A stretch of DNA of 64,000 nucleotides from Squalus acanthias (lineage: Eukaryota): assembly GCA_030390025.1 (NCBI GenBank), contig CM059427.1, positions 188,480,001 to 188,544,000 of the forward strand. The letters are read 5' to 3'. The translations under genes were made by a program, and so were the position numbers. Each line of letters begins with the position of its first letter. The first letter of the stretch is position 1. Shown piece after piece: positions 38,383-49,522 of the stretch. The notes beneath the pieces were generated by a model. That model was not told the DNA's origin, did no database searches, and saw only the letters and a list, made by a program, of their open reading frames with translations.

Positions 38383-39113
38383 GGCCCAGAAATTCCGTTC
38401 GCAGCCCTCCCGCGGCCGGAGGGCTGCGATTTGGAAAAATCTGCGCCTTGACCGGAGGGCAATGGGAGGCGCAGAATTCCATTGCTGTGCCTCTTCAAAC
38501 TGCCGGTGTGCAGGGCACGCGTATCCCAGGGGCGGAGGTAGTTCGCAGCGTCCCTGGGATCACATGGGCCATGGGGAGCCAATCAGAGTAGGGAATCTCC
38601 ATTCATAGATTTGACAGGAAGAGCGGTCAAATCTATGAATAGAGATCAGCCCCAAAACATAAGTAAAACTTCAAATAATATATATTTTTTTAAATCACAT
38701 TTTTAAAATGACTATAAATTACATAAACTATTTTAAACAAAAATTTAATTTTTTGAAAAAAATAATTTGAAGTTTTTAACGGGGCTAAAAATAAACTTAT
38801 CTTTCTTTAAAGTATTTTAAAATGATAAATCAGTGGAAATTTTTTTTTTTTTAACTTTCTTCAACTATTAGCCAGGTAAAACCAGGCCTTGCGCCTGCTT
38901 TTCCAGGCACAGCTGTTTCCGACTTTCCTGGACTGAAGCAATTGTGAAAAAAATGGAAATTTCTGCCGTACGCGCTGCCTATCCGGCGCAGGCATTTGAC
39001 CTGTCAAGCCCTTTCTTCACAGAATGGAAGTTCCGGTTTCCAGCGCATGCGCAGTGCATGCGTAAAACCGTACACAGCGCGTACACACCCGTAGGGAACG
39101 GAATTTCTCGGCC
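38383..39113. mobile_element. Harbinger-type MITE (copy 2)
   Basis: TIRs ggcccagaaattcc / ggaatttctcggcc; flanks att/act. Confidence 0.88.
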
Positions 39114-39674
39114 ACTAACTTTTCTAAGCACAAAATGTCTCTTTTTATTGGATTCTTGTCCCCCAAGTAAAATTGAATCTGCCTCTTCTCCCTTGATTGG
39201 ATTCCTTCTGTCACCTGACTTAACATGACACCTCCCTTTTAGTAACTTTCCATTGCCTCTAGACTGAACCGAGGCCCAGGCTATCCAGCACGCAGCATAA
39301 CATGTTTAACGTGTCATCCGAACAACAGTTTATTGGACAGTGTAGCACTCCCTCAGTACTGCATCAAGTGCTTGCCTCGATTATGTGCTCACCTGCCTGG
39401 AGTTGGAATTGAACCCACAACCTCCTGACTCAGAGGTGAGATTGCTACCACTGAGTCACAGCTGACTCTAGGTGGAGGACTCCAGACCGCACAGATCAGT
39501 CACTGAGTGCCCTGGCGGGGGGAGACAGCTTTACGGTGGACACACCTTGTTGCCAAAGCCCTTCACCTGAGGTCCCGGATTAAACATTTGGGATGAGTAA
39601 GCCTGGTGCACTTGAATATCTAGAATCTTGACGTGATGTATCACGAGTTGCCCTGTGTAGATTATTTTTTTTTT

Positions 39675-42116
39675 TTAATTTGTTTATGGGATGTGGGCGT
39701 TGCTGGCAATGCCAGCATTTATTGCCTTCCCTAATTGCCCTGGAGAAGGTGGTGGTGAGCCGCCTTCTTGAACCGCTGCAGTCCGTGTGGTGATGGAACT
39801 CCCACAATGCTGTTAGGGAGGGAGTTCCAGGATTTTGACCCAGCGACGATGAAGGATCGGCGATATATTTCTAAGTCAGGATGGTGTGTGACTTGGAGGG
39901 GAACTTGGAGTTGGTGGTGTTCCCATGCGCCTGCTGCCCTTGTCCTTCTTGGTGGAAGAGGTCGCGGGTTTGGGAGGTGCTGCCGAAGAAGCCTTGGCGA
40001 GTTGCTGCAGTGAATCTTGTAGATGGTACACACTGCAGCCACGGTGCGCCGGTGGTGGAGGGAGTGAATGTTTAAGGAGGTGGATGGGGTGCCAATCAAG
40101 CCGGCTGCTTTGTCCTGGCTGGTGTCGAGCTTCTTGAGTGTTGTTGGAGCTGCACTCATCCAGGCAAGTGGAGAGTATTCCATCACAATCCTTACTTGTG
40201 CCTTGCAGATGGTGGAAAGGCTTTGGGGAGTCTGGAGGTGAGACACTCGCTGCAGAATACCTAGCCTCTGACCTGCTCTTGTTGCCACAGTATTTATGTG
40301 GCTGGTCCGGTTAAGTTTCTGGTTAATGGTGACCCCCAGGATGTTGATAGTGGGGGATTCGGTGATGGTAATGCCATTGAACGTCAAGGGAATGTGGTTA
40401 GACTCTCGCTTGTTGGAGATAGGCATTGCCTGGCACTTCTGTGGCGCGACTGTTACCTGCCACTTATCAGCCCAAGCCTGAACATCATCCAGGTCTTGTT
40501 ACATGCGGGCATGGACTGCTTCATTATCTGTGGAGTTGCGAATGGCGCTGAACACTGTGCAGTCATCAGCGAACATCCCCACTTGGGACCTTATGTTAGA
40601 GGGAAGGTCATTGATGAAGCAGCTGAAGATGGTTGGGCCTAGGACACTGCCCTGAGGAACTCCTGCAGCGATGTCCTGGGGGTGTGATGATTGACCTTCA
40701 ACCACCACAACCATCTTCTTTGTGCTAGGTATGACTCTAGCCAGTGGAGCGTTTTCCCCCCGATTTCCATTGACTTCAGTTTTACTAGGGCTCCTTGATG
40801 CCAGACTCGGTCAAATGCTGCCTTCATGTCAAGGACAGTCACTCTCACCTCACCTCTGGAATTCAGCTCCTTTGTCCATGTTTGGACCAAGGCTGTAATG
40901 AGGTCGGGAGCTGAGTTGTCTTAGCGGAACCCAAACTGGGCATCAGTGAGCAGGTTATTGGTGAGTAAGTGCCGCTTGATAGCAATGTCGATGACACCTT
41001 CCGTCACTTTGCTGATGATTGAGAGTAGACTGATGGGGTGGTAATTGGCCGGGTTGGATTTGTCCTGCTTTTTGTGGACAGGACATACATTGTCAGATAG
41101 ATGCCAGTGTTGTCGCTGTACTGGAACAGCTTGGCTAGAGATGCGGCTAGTTCTGGAGCACAAGTCTTCCACACGATAGCCGGGATGTTGTCCGGGCCCA
41201 TAGCCTTTGCTGTATCCAGTGCGCTCAGCTGTTTTTTGATATCATGTGGAGTGAATCGAATTGGCTGAAGAATGGCTTCTGTGATGGTGGGGACCTCGGG
41301 AGTAGACCGATATGGATCATCCACTCGGCACTTCTGGCTGAAGTTGGTTGCAAACGTTTCAGCCTTGTCTTTTGCACTCACGTGCTGGGCTCCACCATCA
41401 TTGCGGATGGGGATATTCTTGGAGCCTCCACCTCCCGTTAGTTGTTTAATGGTCCACCACCATTCACGACTGGATGTGGCAGGACTGCAGAGCTTTGATC
41501 TGATCCGTTGATTGTGGGATCGCTTAGCCTTGTCTATAGCATGCTGCTTCCGCTTTTTAGCATGCATGTAGTCCTGTGTTGCAGCTTCCCCAGGTTGGCA
41601 CCTAATTTTTAGGTACGCCTGGTGCTGCTCCTGGCATGCTCTTCCACACTTCTTATGGAACCAGGGTTGGTCCCCTGGCTTGGTGGTAATGGTAGAGTGA
41701 GGGATATGCCGGGCCATGAGGTTACATATTATGGTGGAATACAATTCTGCTGCTGCTGATGGCCCACAGCACCTCATGGATGCCCAGTTTTGAGCTGCTA
41801 GATCTGTTCTGAATCTATCCCATTTAGCACGGTGGTAGTGCCACACAACACGATGGAGGGTGTTCTCAGAGGGCGGGTTCGGTAATCACTGCTGCCAATG
41901 CTGTCATGGACAGATGCATCTGTGACAGGTAGATTGCTGAGGATGAGTTCAAGTAGGTTTTTCCCTCTTGTTGGTTCTCTCATCACCTGTCTCAGGCCCA
42001 GACTGGCAATTATGTCCTTCAGGACTTGGCCAGCTCGGTCAGTAGTGGTGCTACCGAGCCCTTCTTGGTGATGGACATGGAAGTCCCCCACCCAGAGTAC
42101 ATTCTGTGCCCTTGCT
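39675..42116 (-). mobile_element. Decayed LINE of the CR1/L2 group (EN end, RT, 3' end)
   Basis: GDFHVHH, KAMGPDNIP, NYHPISLLS, QFGFR, LDMKAAFDRVWH, GVPQGSVLGP and MFADD motifs across frameshifted ORFs; poly-A-like tail at ~39665. Confidence 0.9.
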
Positions 42117-42427
42117 CCACCACGTGAAAGCAGATTCCCACCATTTAATTCTCAAATTTAAAATTCTCATCATGTTCAATCCCTCCATGTCCTCGCCCCT
42201 CCCTATCTCTGTAATCTCCCCCAGCACCACAACCAATGTTCCAGTTAATCTGCGCCACGGTGCAGTAGTCTGGAGGTCCCGCCCAGGACACTTGCCACTT
42301 TTAATGGGAAATTTGAATGGGCCGCGCACTCCCCCAAAAAATGACATCAAACATTGCCTGCAATCCTCTGTATTCCTCCAATTCTGGCCTCTTGTGCATC
42401 CCAGATTTTGTTTGCTCCATCATTTAT

Positions 42428-43337
42428 GGCCAAAGCCGGAATTTTGCTGGTGCTCAGAGGGCGGGTTCGGAGGCGGGTCTGCTGTCAAAATATAAAAAAT
42501 TGACAGCGGGTCGGGAGCCCGCTGTCAACCCGCCTCCATGTCAGTTTCCCAAGTGCTGGGTCTGTCTACGCTTTACAGACCCGACACCAAGCAGCAGGGG
42601 AGCCAATTGATAGAGTTAAAAGTTTGTTAAAAGGTATTTAAGCAGCATTTTACCATGTACTTACTATTTTTCCAACTTTTTCATGAGGTTCCCCATGCTT
42701 GGGGATCACGTCAGGTGAGTAGGTCGGGTTTTCAATAACTCTCCATTCCTCTGAATAGTTGACAGCTGCAGAAGCTGGAGCCTTCAGGGTTTGTAATACA
42801 CTTTTCAGCTTTATGTGGGTTGGAAGTGTTTGGAGTAAACTGTCTATCCACTGTCACCTCATTGGAGCAAGCTCTCTCACCATTGACAGATCGCTTCTGT
42901 CATCTCAACTTCAGCTGCCATCTATTATCTATTCCAGCAGCATCGGTGCCCTTCAATAAATCTCACCTTGGTCCTTAGAATCCCACCACGATCAGCCCCA
43001 ACACCAACATCACCAGGCACAGCAGCATCAACAACAACAATACCAACCTACTCCACAATCACCTGATGCTGCACAGGACACAGGGCATCAGCATCCGACC
43101 ACATTGCTGCCCGGGAGGCCAGCAATGGCATCACCATGGCCAGATTTACTTCACTTGATGCTGTACACCTTGGCTGCCACAAGATCCACCAGGTTGGCAC
43201 CACCCCACACCAGCACCATAAAGCATCCCTACAATGCCCAAGCCATTCCTTTCACACTCATCACCATTGTGGAGGGGTGGGGTGGGGGGGGGGGGCGGCG
43301 GTACCGTTATGTCTCATCATTCACTACAACTCACTAA
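42428..43337 (+). mobile_element. Harbinger-derived fragment
   Basis: TIR-like start (gccggaattttgc…ggcgggttcggaggcggg) also seen inverted at ~31300-31488; body homologous to 26965-28097. Confidence 0.65.
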
Positions 43338-44083
43338 GACACTTCCTTTTTCCTCAACCGAGGATTTCCCTCTACTGTGGTTTACATTGCCCTCGACCGT
43401 GTCCGTTCCATTTCCCGCACTTCTGCTCTCACCCCTTCCCCTCCCTCCTAGAACTACGATAGGGTTCCCCTTGTCCTCACCTTTCACCCCACCACCCTCC
43501 ACATTCAACGGATCATCCTCTGCCATTTCCACCACCTCCAGCATGATCCCACCACCAAACACATCTTCCCCTCCCCTTTTATCATTCCAAAGGGACCGCT
43601 CCGTCTGCGATACCCTGGTCCACTCCTCCATTACCCCAACATCACTTCCCCTTCCCACGGCACATTCCCGTGCAAGCACAGGAGATGCGATACCTGACCT
43701 TTTACCTCCTCCCTTCCCACTGTCCAGGGCCCCAAACATTCCTTCCAGGTGAAACAGCGATTTACTTGTACTTCTTGCAATTTAGTATATTGAATTCACT
43801 GCTCACAATGTGGTCCCCTCTACATTGGGGAGACCAAGCGCAGATTGGGAGACCGCTTTGTGGAACACTTCCATTCAGTCCGTAAGCGTGATCCCGAGCT
43901 TCCGGTCGCCTGTCACTTTAATTCTCCGCTCCACTCCCACTCTGATCTCTCTGTCCTCGGCTTCTTACACTGTTCCAATGAAGATCAACATAAGCTCGAG
44001 GAACAGCACCTTATCTTTCAATTAGGCACTTTACAGCCTTCTGGACTCAACATTGAGAGTATAATCTCGGCCCAATATATATT

Positions 44084-44827
44084 GGCCCAGAAATTGATCT
44101 CGCTCTGTTCCCGCGGGGGTAAGCCTTCCCCGCGATGTCTCACCTCGCTTATGCTTTTTCTGATCCAGCTCGCACGAACTTGATGTTCCAGACATCAGCT
44201 GTGCTGGGCTTGCGTATCCCAGCGGCGCAGTTAATTCGTGCGAGCTGTGGGATCACGTGACTCAGTTAGAGCCAATGGCAGCACACCATCTTCCATTCAT
44301 AAGTCTCACAGCATGGCCGTGAGACTTATGAATCTTACACCCCCCCAAAATAACAGCTAAACCTCAATTAAATTTAAAAAAAAACCCATCACATTAATAA
44401 AATAAGTATAGTTAATTAAATTAACCATTTTAAATAAAAAAATAAATTTTTGAAAAAATTTAAAATCTTTTAAAAAGTTATAAAAATAAACTTACCTGTC
44501 TTTAAAGTCTATAAAAAAGATATACCTGTAAAAAAAAATTCAAAAAAATACTTAATTCACTACTTACCTTCTTAAAAGCGGGTCTTACTCCTCCTTTTTA
44601 CATTTCCAAAATCTTCCCTACTTACCTGCGCGTCCACAGCATGAAGTGCACAGCGTGCGCGCAGCCTGTAGCGCGCACGCGATGCACTCAGGCCCCGCCC
44701 CCTTTTCGGAAGAGCAATTGCCGGTTTTCAGCGCATGCGCAGGGCATGCAGAAAACCGGCAATTGGAGTGGGAATATGCGAGAGTATGCAGTGCGTACTC
44801 TCGCGTCCCGGGATCAATTTTCGGCCC
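44084..44827. mobile_element. Harbinger-type MITE (copy 3)
   Basis: TIRs ggcccagaaattgatc / gatcaattttcggccc; TSD att/att. Confidence 0.9.
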
Positions 44828-45104
44828 ATTTTTTTTCATTTTTTTTCTTTTGTCCCGTTTTTCTTCTCTCACTTGGTAGCTGTTGATAATTCTGCCATTG
44901 CCATTTACATCTCATGTTGAGTCATCTTTTGTTTCTTAACTTGTCCCATTATCATTTCCTTTTGCCTTGCACCATCATCCCTTTTATCTTTTACTCTCTC
45001 CTGCCTTCCAGCCTATCACAAACCTTTCACTTGTTTTTTCCTCCCCTCCTCCCTTTCCCTGTCCGACAGGTGCTTAAAAATCTGTTACTTCTCTAACTTT
45101 TTCC

Positions 45105-45141
45105 AGTTCTGATGAAGGGCCCTCGACATGAAACGTTGACT
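45105..45141 (+). ncRNA. Minimal type I hammerhead ribozyme motif of the Penelope 3' end (stem II degenerate)
   Basis: agtt-CTGATGA-agggccctcgacat-GAAA-cg-TT-gact; palindromic stem III (aacgtt); stem I agtt/gact. Confidence 0.6.
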
Positions 45142-46876
45142 CTGTTTCTCTCTCCACGATGCTGCCTAACCTGCTGAGTGTTTCCAGCATTTTCTGTTGT
45201 TATTCAAGACACTTCCAAAGGTGCACACAGATCTGGCCAAGAACGTAAAGTGTTGAATATAAAGATTTCAATGTCTGACAACACATTAACAGAAACTTTA
45301 CATGAACATCGGCTAAAAGACACAAGTCCCTACCCTTGTGTGTTGTGTATGATTGCACTAGGATGAGGTTGAGTGTGGCTTTGCAGTAATGTTTCGTGAT
45401 CTACTGAGATCATTGAAAGGTTTGCGCCACTGTCGCCGGGTCCTCCTGACGACATCCATGCTTGTGCCCTCCTGTGCAATGTGCAACCAGGCTGCATAGG
45501 TCTCCTGGGGAGGTCTCTTCCGCCCGCTGTGACGCTTTCCATAAGCATATGGATGGAGTCATGGGAGAGCCTGGGTGCAGCCATGCACCTCTCTGCAGAG
45601 CATGTCAGTGTTTGCAGCACCTCAACACTGACATCACAACTGCCAAAATCAATTTGGGCATGGCCCCTTTAAGGAAACTGGCTGATGACGCATCATCAAA
45701 TGACGTCATCAGACCCGCTTCCTTTTAATTGGCCGGGAACTCGCTGGGCGGGCTTAACAAGCCCAATCAGGGGAAAGTCGTGTGGGAAGCTGGCATGGAG
45801 ACAGGAGCGGGACCGCGACCCGCCATCGACCCCGGCCGCCACACTCCCACCTCGGTAGGTGAAATCTTCAGCTGTCGAGCCCCTAAGCTCTGGAATTCCT
45901 TCTCTAAAACTCTCTGACTCTCTACCTCTCTCTCCTCCTTGAAGATGCTCCTTAAACCTACCGCTTTGACCAACCTGTCCAAATATCTCTTATGTGTATC
46001 GGTGTCAAATTTTGTCTGATAACGCTCCTATGATGGCCTTAGAATGGCTGGTGTTTAAATACTAAACGAGATGGAAATTGCAACTGGAAATGTCAACTTT
46101 GTCCTTCACAGTGAGAGCGAGACCCCCTCCGGACACTTGGGGGGCGATTGTCTGACGTCGGAGGAGGCGGGTTTGGTGTCGGGAAAGGCGGGAAAATTAG
46201 ATTCAAAGAGGTCGGGTTCGGAACCCGACTCCAACCCGCCTCCGTGGGATTTTGCCGGTGCTGGTTTTGGAGGTTGGGAAATGTTCCCGCCTCCAGCTGG
46301 CCATTGCGCTCATTAACTTCATTAAATGCTTTTTAAGGGCCTCTCTAAACCTATTTTGAGAGACCCTCGTGAATTTCCCAGCATTTCGGCGTGCTCCACA
46401 GAACTCCTGAACCACACCAGGTAAACCTGGCGGGTTAACTCGTGGGTGGCCTCCTCACTGCTGCAGGTCTAACAAGACATCGTTTACTGTGGCAAGGAAT
46501 ACTTGCAGGTGCCAGACCTTGGCTTTAAAAGGACTCTGAGTACTTTTAAAAGGCCTTCCGAAGTCGGAGGTGCTGCAGCTTGACTCCATCAACTGTGGGA
46601 CCTCCTTGGAAGACCCTCTCCCTGCTTGCAATGAGCGCTTCCCCAAAGGAGGCATCTACAAGCAGCATGGGAACCATTCATTTTCTTTCACCATGGACCT
46701 CAGATGAGGATGCGGACCATCCAGGGCAGCAGCAGAACCAGGCAGCTCAGCAGCAACATTAGCAGGAGCCCCAACCTCCTGCTCAGCCACCTGATGCTGC
46801 ACAGGGCAGAAGGCACCAGCTCATTGAGGGACCTCGCCGCAGGAGATACCCCCGACAGAGGGTTTACAGACAGAGG

Positions 46877-47946
46877 ATGAGCTACCTCAACATGAGTGAG
46901 CAGCAGTGCCAAAGGAAGCTGAGACTTTCACAGGAGGTTGTCCGAGAGATCTGCAGCCTGCTGCAGCAAGACCTGGTGCCCAGAGGAACGGGTGGACACC
47001 CCTTAATAGTGGCTGTCAAAGTCACTACTGCACTCAACTTCTTTGCCTCAGGCTTCATCCAGGGATCATCGGCAGACATCAGCGGCATCTCCCAGTCAGC
47101 CGCCCACAGGTGCATCACCCAGGTTACCGATGCCCTTTTTTCTGAGGCGCACAATGACATCCAGTTCACAAGGGATCAAGGAAGTATAACCGCCCGTTCG
47201 GTTGGATTCGCAAATATGGCAGGCATGCCAATGGTGCAGGGCGTCATAGACTGCACACATGTGGCTCTTAGGGTGCCCCATCACAACCCAGCTATCTTTG
47301 TCAACCGAAAGGGCTTCCACTTCCTCAACGTACAGCTGGTGTGTAACCACAAGAAGGAGTTCTTGCATGTTTGCGCCAAGTTCTGTGGTAGTTGCCATGA
47401 TTCTTTCATCCTGTGGCACTCTATTGTTCCTCCACTTTTCAATCCACCAAATCAACTTAACGGATGGCTCCTTGGTGACAAAGGCTATCCCCTGAAGAAG
47501 TGGCTAATGACGCCGATCAGGAGGTCAGCTAACGAGGCTCAAGAGCGCTACAACACCAGCCACACTTCGACCAGGTCCCTAATAGAGCAGACCATTGGGT
47601 TGTTGAAGATGCGCTTCCGTTGCCTTGACCGATCAGGTGGAGCCCTGCAGTATACAGGGTCTCCAAAATGGTCGTGGTCTGCTGTTCACTGCACAACATC
47701 GCACAGCGTCGTGGCTTGCAGCTTCCTGATGAGCAAGTGGCTCAGTTCCGGCCCTCCTCAGATGAAGATGAGGAGGAGGAGGAGGAGGCTGAGGAGGAGA
47801 ATCTGGAGGAGGAGGAGGAAGAGCAGGAGGAGGAGGAGCAGGAGGAGGTCAGAGTGCCGGTGTATCGACCAGCGGCAGCGGCAGCACGCGAGCACGTGGC
47901 TGCCAGGGATGCAAGGGATGAACTTTTCATGGCCAGATTTGCATAG
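46877..47946 (+). pseudogene. Harbinger (HARBI1-like, DDE_Tnp_4) transposase, frameshifted near the C-terminus
   Basis: GVIDCTHV…NRKGFH.LNVQLVC…GSCHDSFI…LLGDKGYPL…[15 protein letters not shown]; shifts frame at ~47655 into [12 protein letters not shown] and a poly-Glu tail. Confidence 0.92.
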
Positions 47947-48295
47947 TTTGCCCAAGTTGGCAGATGTCCTTGGCTCCATCCTAGGACTTCATTGACAATG
48001 GACATGAATCTCTGGCCTCCTTTCACTCAGGCCACCAACCAGACAACGCAAGTGTGGTGGTGCCCGCAATGTGGAGCTTCCTGAGGCGAAAGAACAGATG
48101 GCATAATGCCAACATTTTGGCGTCAAATCATTTTAATCCTTTCCAACAGGGATGGCATTTCATGAATACACAGAGACAGTCTCTCAATCTGCACACTGAT
48201 CTGGAGGTTATATCCCTTGCCAGCTGTACCCTCACAGCCTTGGTTTCTTTGGCAGGCCTCTTCCTCCGAGATGAGTGGAAGAGCACCTCCATGCT

Positions 48296-49522
48296 ATCTA
48301 ACAGAAAGCAAAGAGTTGGGATAAATGGTTCATTCTCAGACTGGCAATCAGTAACTAGTGGTGTTCCACAGGGGTCAGTGCTGGGTCCCCAACTCTTTAC
48401 AATCTATATTAACGATTTGGAGGAAGGGACCAAGTGTAACATATCAAAATTTGCAGATGATACAAAGATGGGAGGGAAAGTAGTGAGTGAGGAGGACATA
48501 AAAAACCTGCAAGGGGACATAGACAGGCTAAGTAAGTGGGCAGAGATTTGGCAGATGGAATACAACACTGGAAAGTGTGAGGTGATGCACTTTGGCAGGA
48601 AAAATCCTAGAGCAATTTATAATCTTAATGGCAAGAAACTGGAGAGTACTGAAGTGCAAAGGGATCTGGGGGTCCTGGTGCACGAAACTCAAAAGTTTAG
48701 TATGCAGGTGCAGCAAGTGATTAAGAAGGCAAATGGAATGTTGGCTTTCATTGCTAGGGGGATAGAATATAAAAATAGGGAGGTATTGCTTCAGTTGTAC
48801 AAGGTATTGGTGAGACCGCACCTGGAATACTGCATACAGTTTTGGTGTCCTTACTTAAGGAAAGACATCCTTGCTCTCGAGGCAGTGCAAAAAAGGTTCA
48901 CTCGGTTAATCCCGGGGATGAGGGGGTGGTCATATGAGGAGAGGTTGGGTAGATTGGGACTCTACTCATTGGAGTTCAGAAGAATGAGAGGCGATCTTAT
49001 TGAAACATATAAGATTGTGAAGGGGTTGGATCGGGTGGATGCGGGGAGGATGTTCCCGATGACGGGTGAGACTAGAACTAGGGGACATAGTCTTAGAATA
49101 AGGGGCTGCTCTTTCAAAACTGAGATGAGGAGGAACTACTTCACTCAGAGGGTGGTAGGTCCATGGAATATGCTGCCACAAAAAGCTGTAGAAGCTACAT
49201 CATTAAATAAATTTAAAACAGAAATAGACAGTTTCCTAGAAGTAAAGGACATTAAGGGTTACGGGGAGCGGGCAGGAATTTGGACATGAGTCTAGGTTCG
49301 GATCGGTCATGGCCCTGTGGGTAGTGGAGCGGGCCCAGGGACCGTGTAGCCTGATTCTGCTCCTATTTCGTGTGTGCAATTCTGTTAGATGCAGGAGATG
49401 GTTCTGTGATAGTAGATAGTAGATTGGCGGTTAGGATCAGATCAGCCATGATCGTATTGAATGGCGGAGCAGGCTCGAGGGGCCGATTGGCCTACTCCTG
49501 CTCCTATTTCTTATGGTCTTAT
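48296..49522 (+). mobile_element. Young 5'-truncated CR1 nested in the Harbinger
   Basis: Open RT C-terminal half (RKQRVGING…GVPQGSVLGP…KFADDTK…VRPHLEYC) to 49289, followed by the CR1 3' UTR. Confidence 0.95.

Larger units (their letters stand above)
43338..45205 (+). mobile_element. Penelope-like element (RT C-terminus, GIY-YIG endonuclease, 3' UTR), interrupted by a MITE
   Basis: FLNRGFP…, LYIGETKRRLGDRFVEH…PVACHFN…KLEEQHLIFQLGTLQPSGLNIE. Confidence 0.9.

Noticed and set aside
46877-47995. Host gene HARBI1
   Set aside because: It is flanked by TIRs and a TSD, frameshifted, and inserted inside another gene's exon, so it is a transposon copy.
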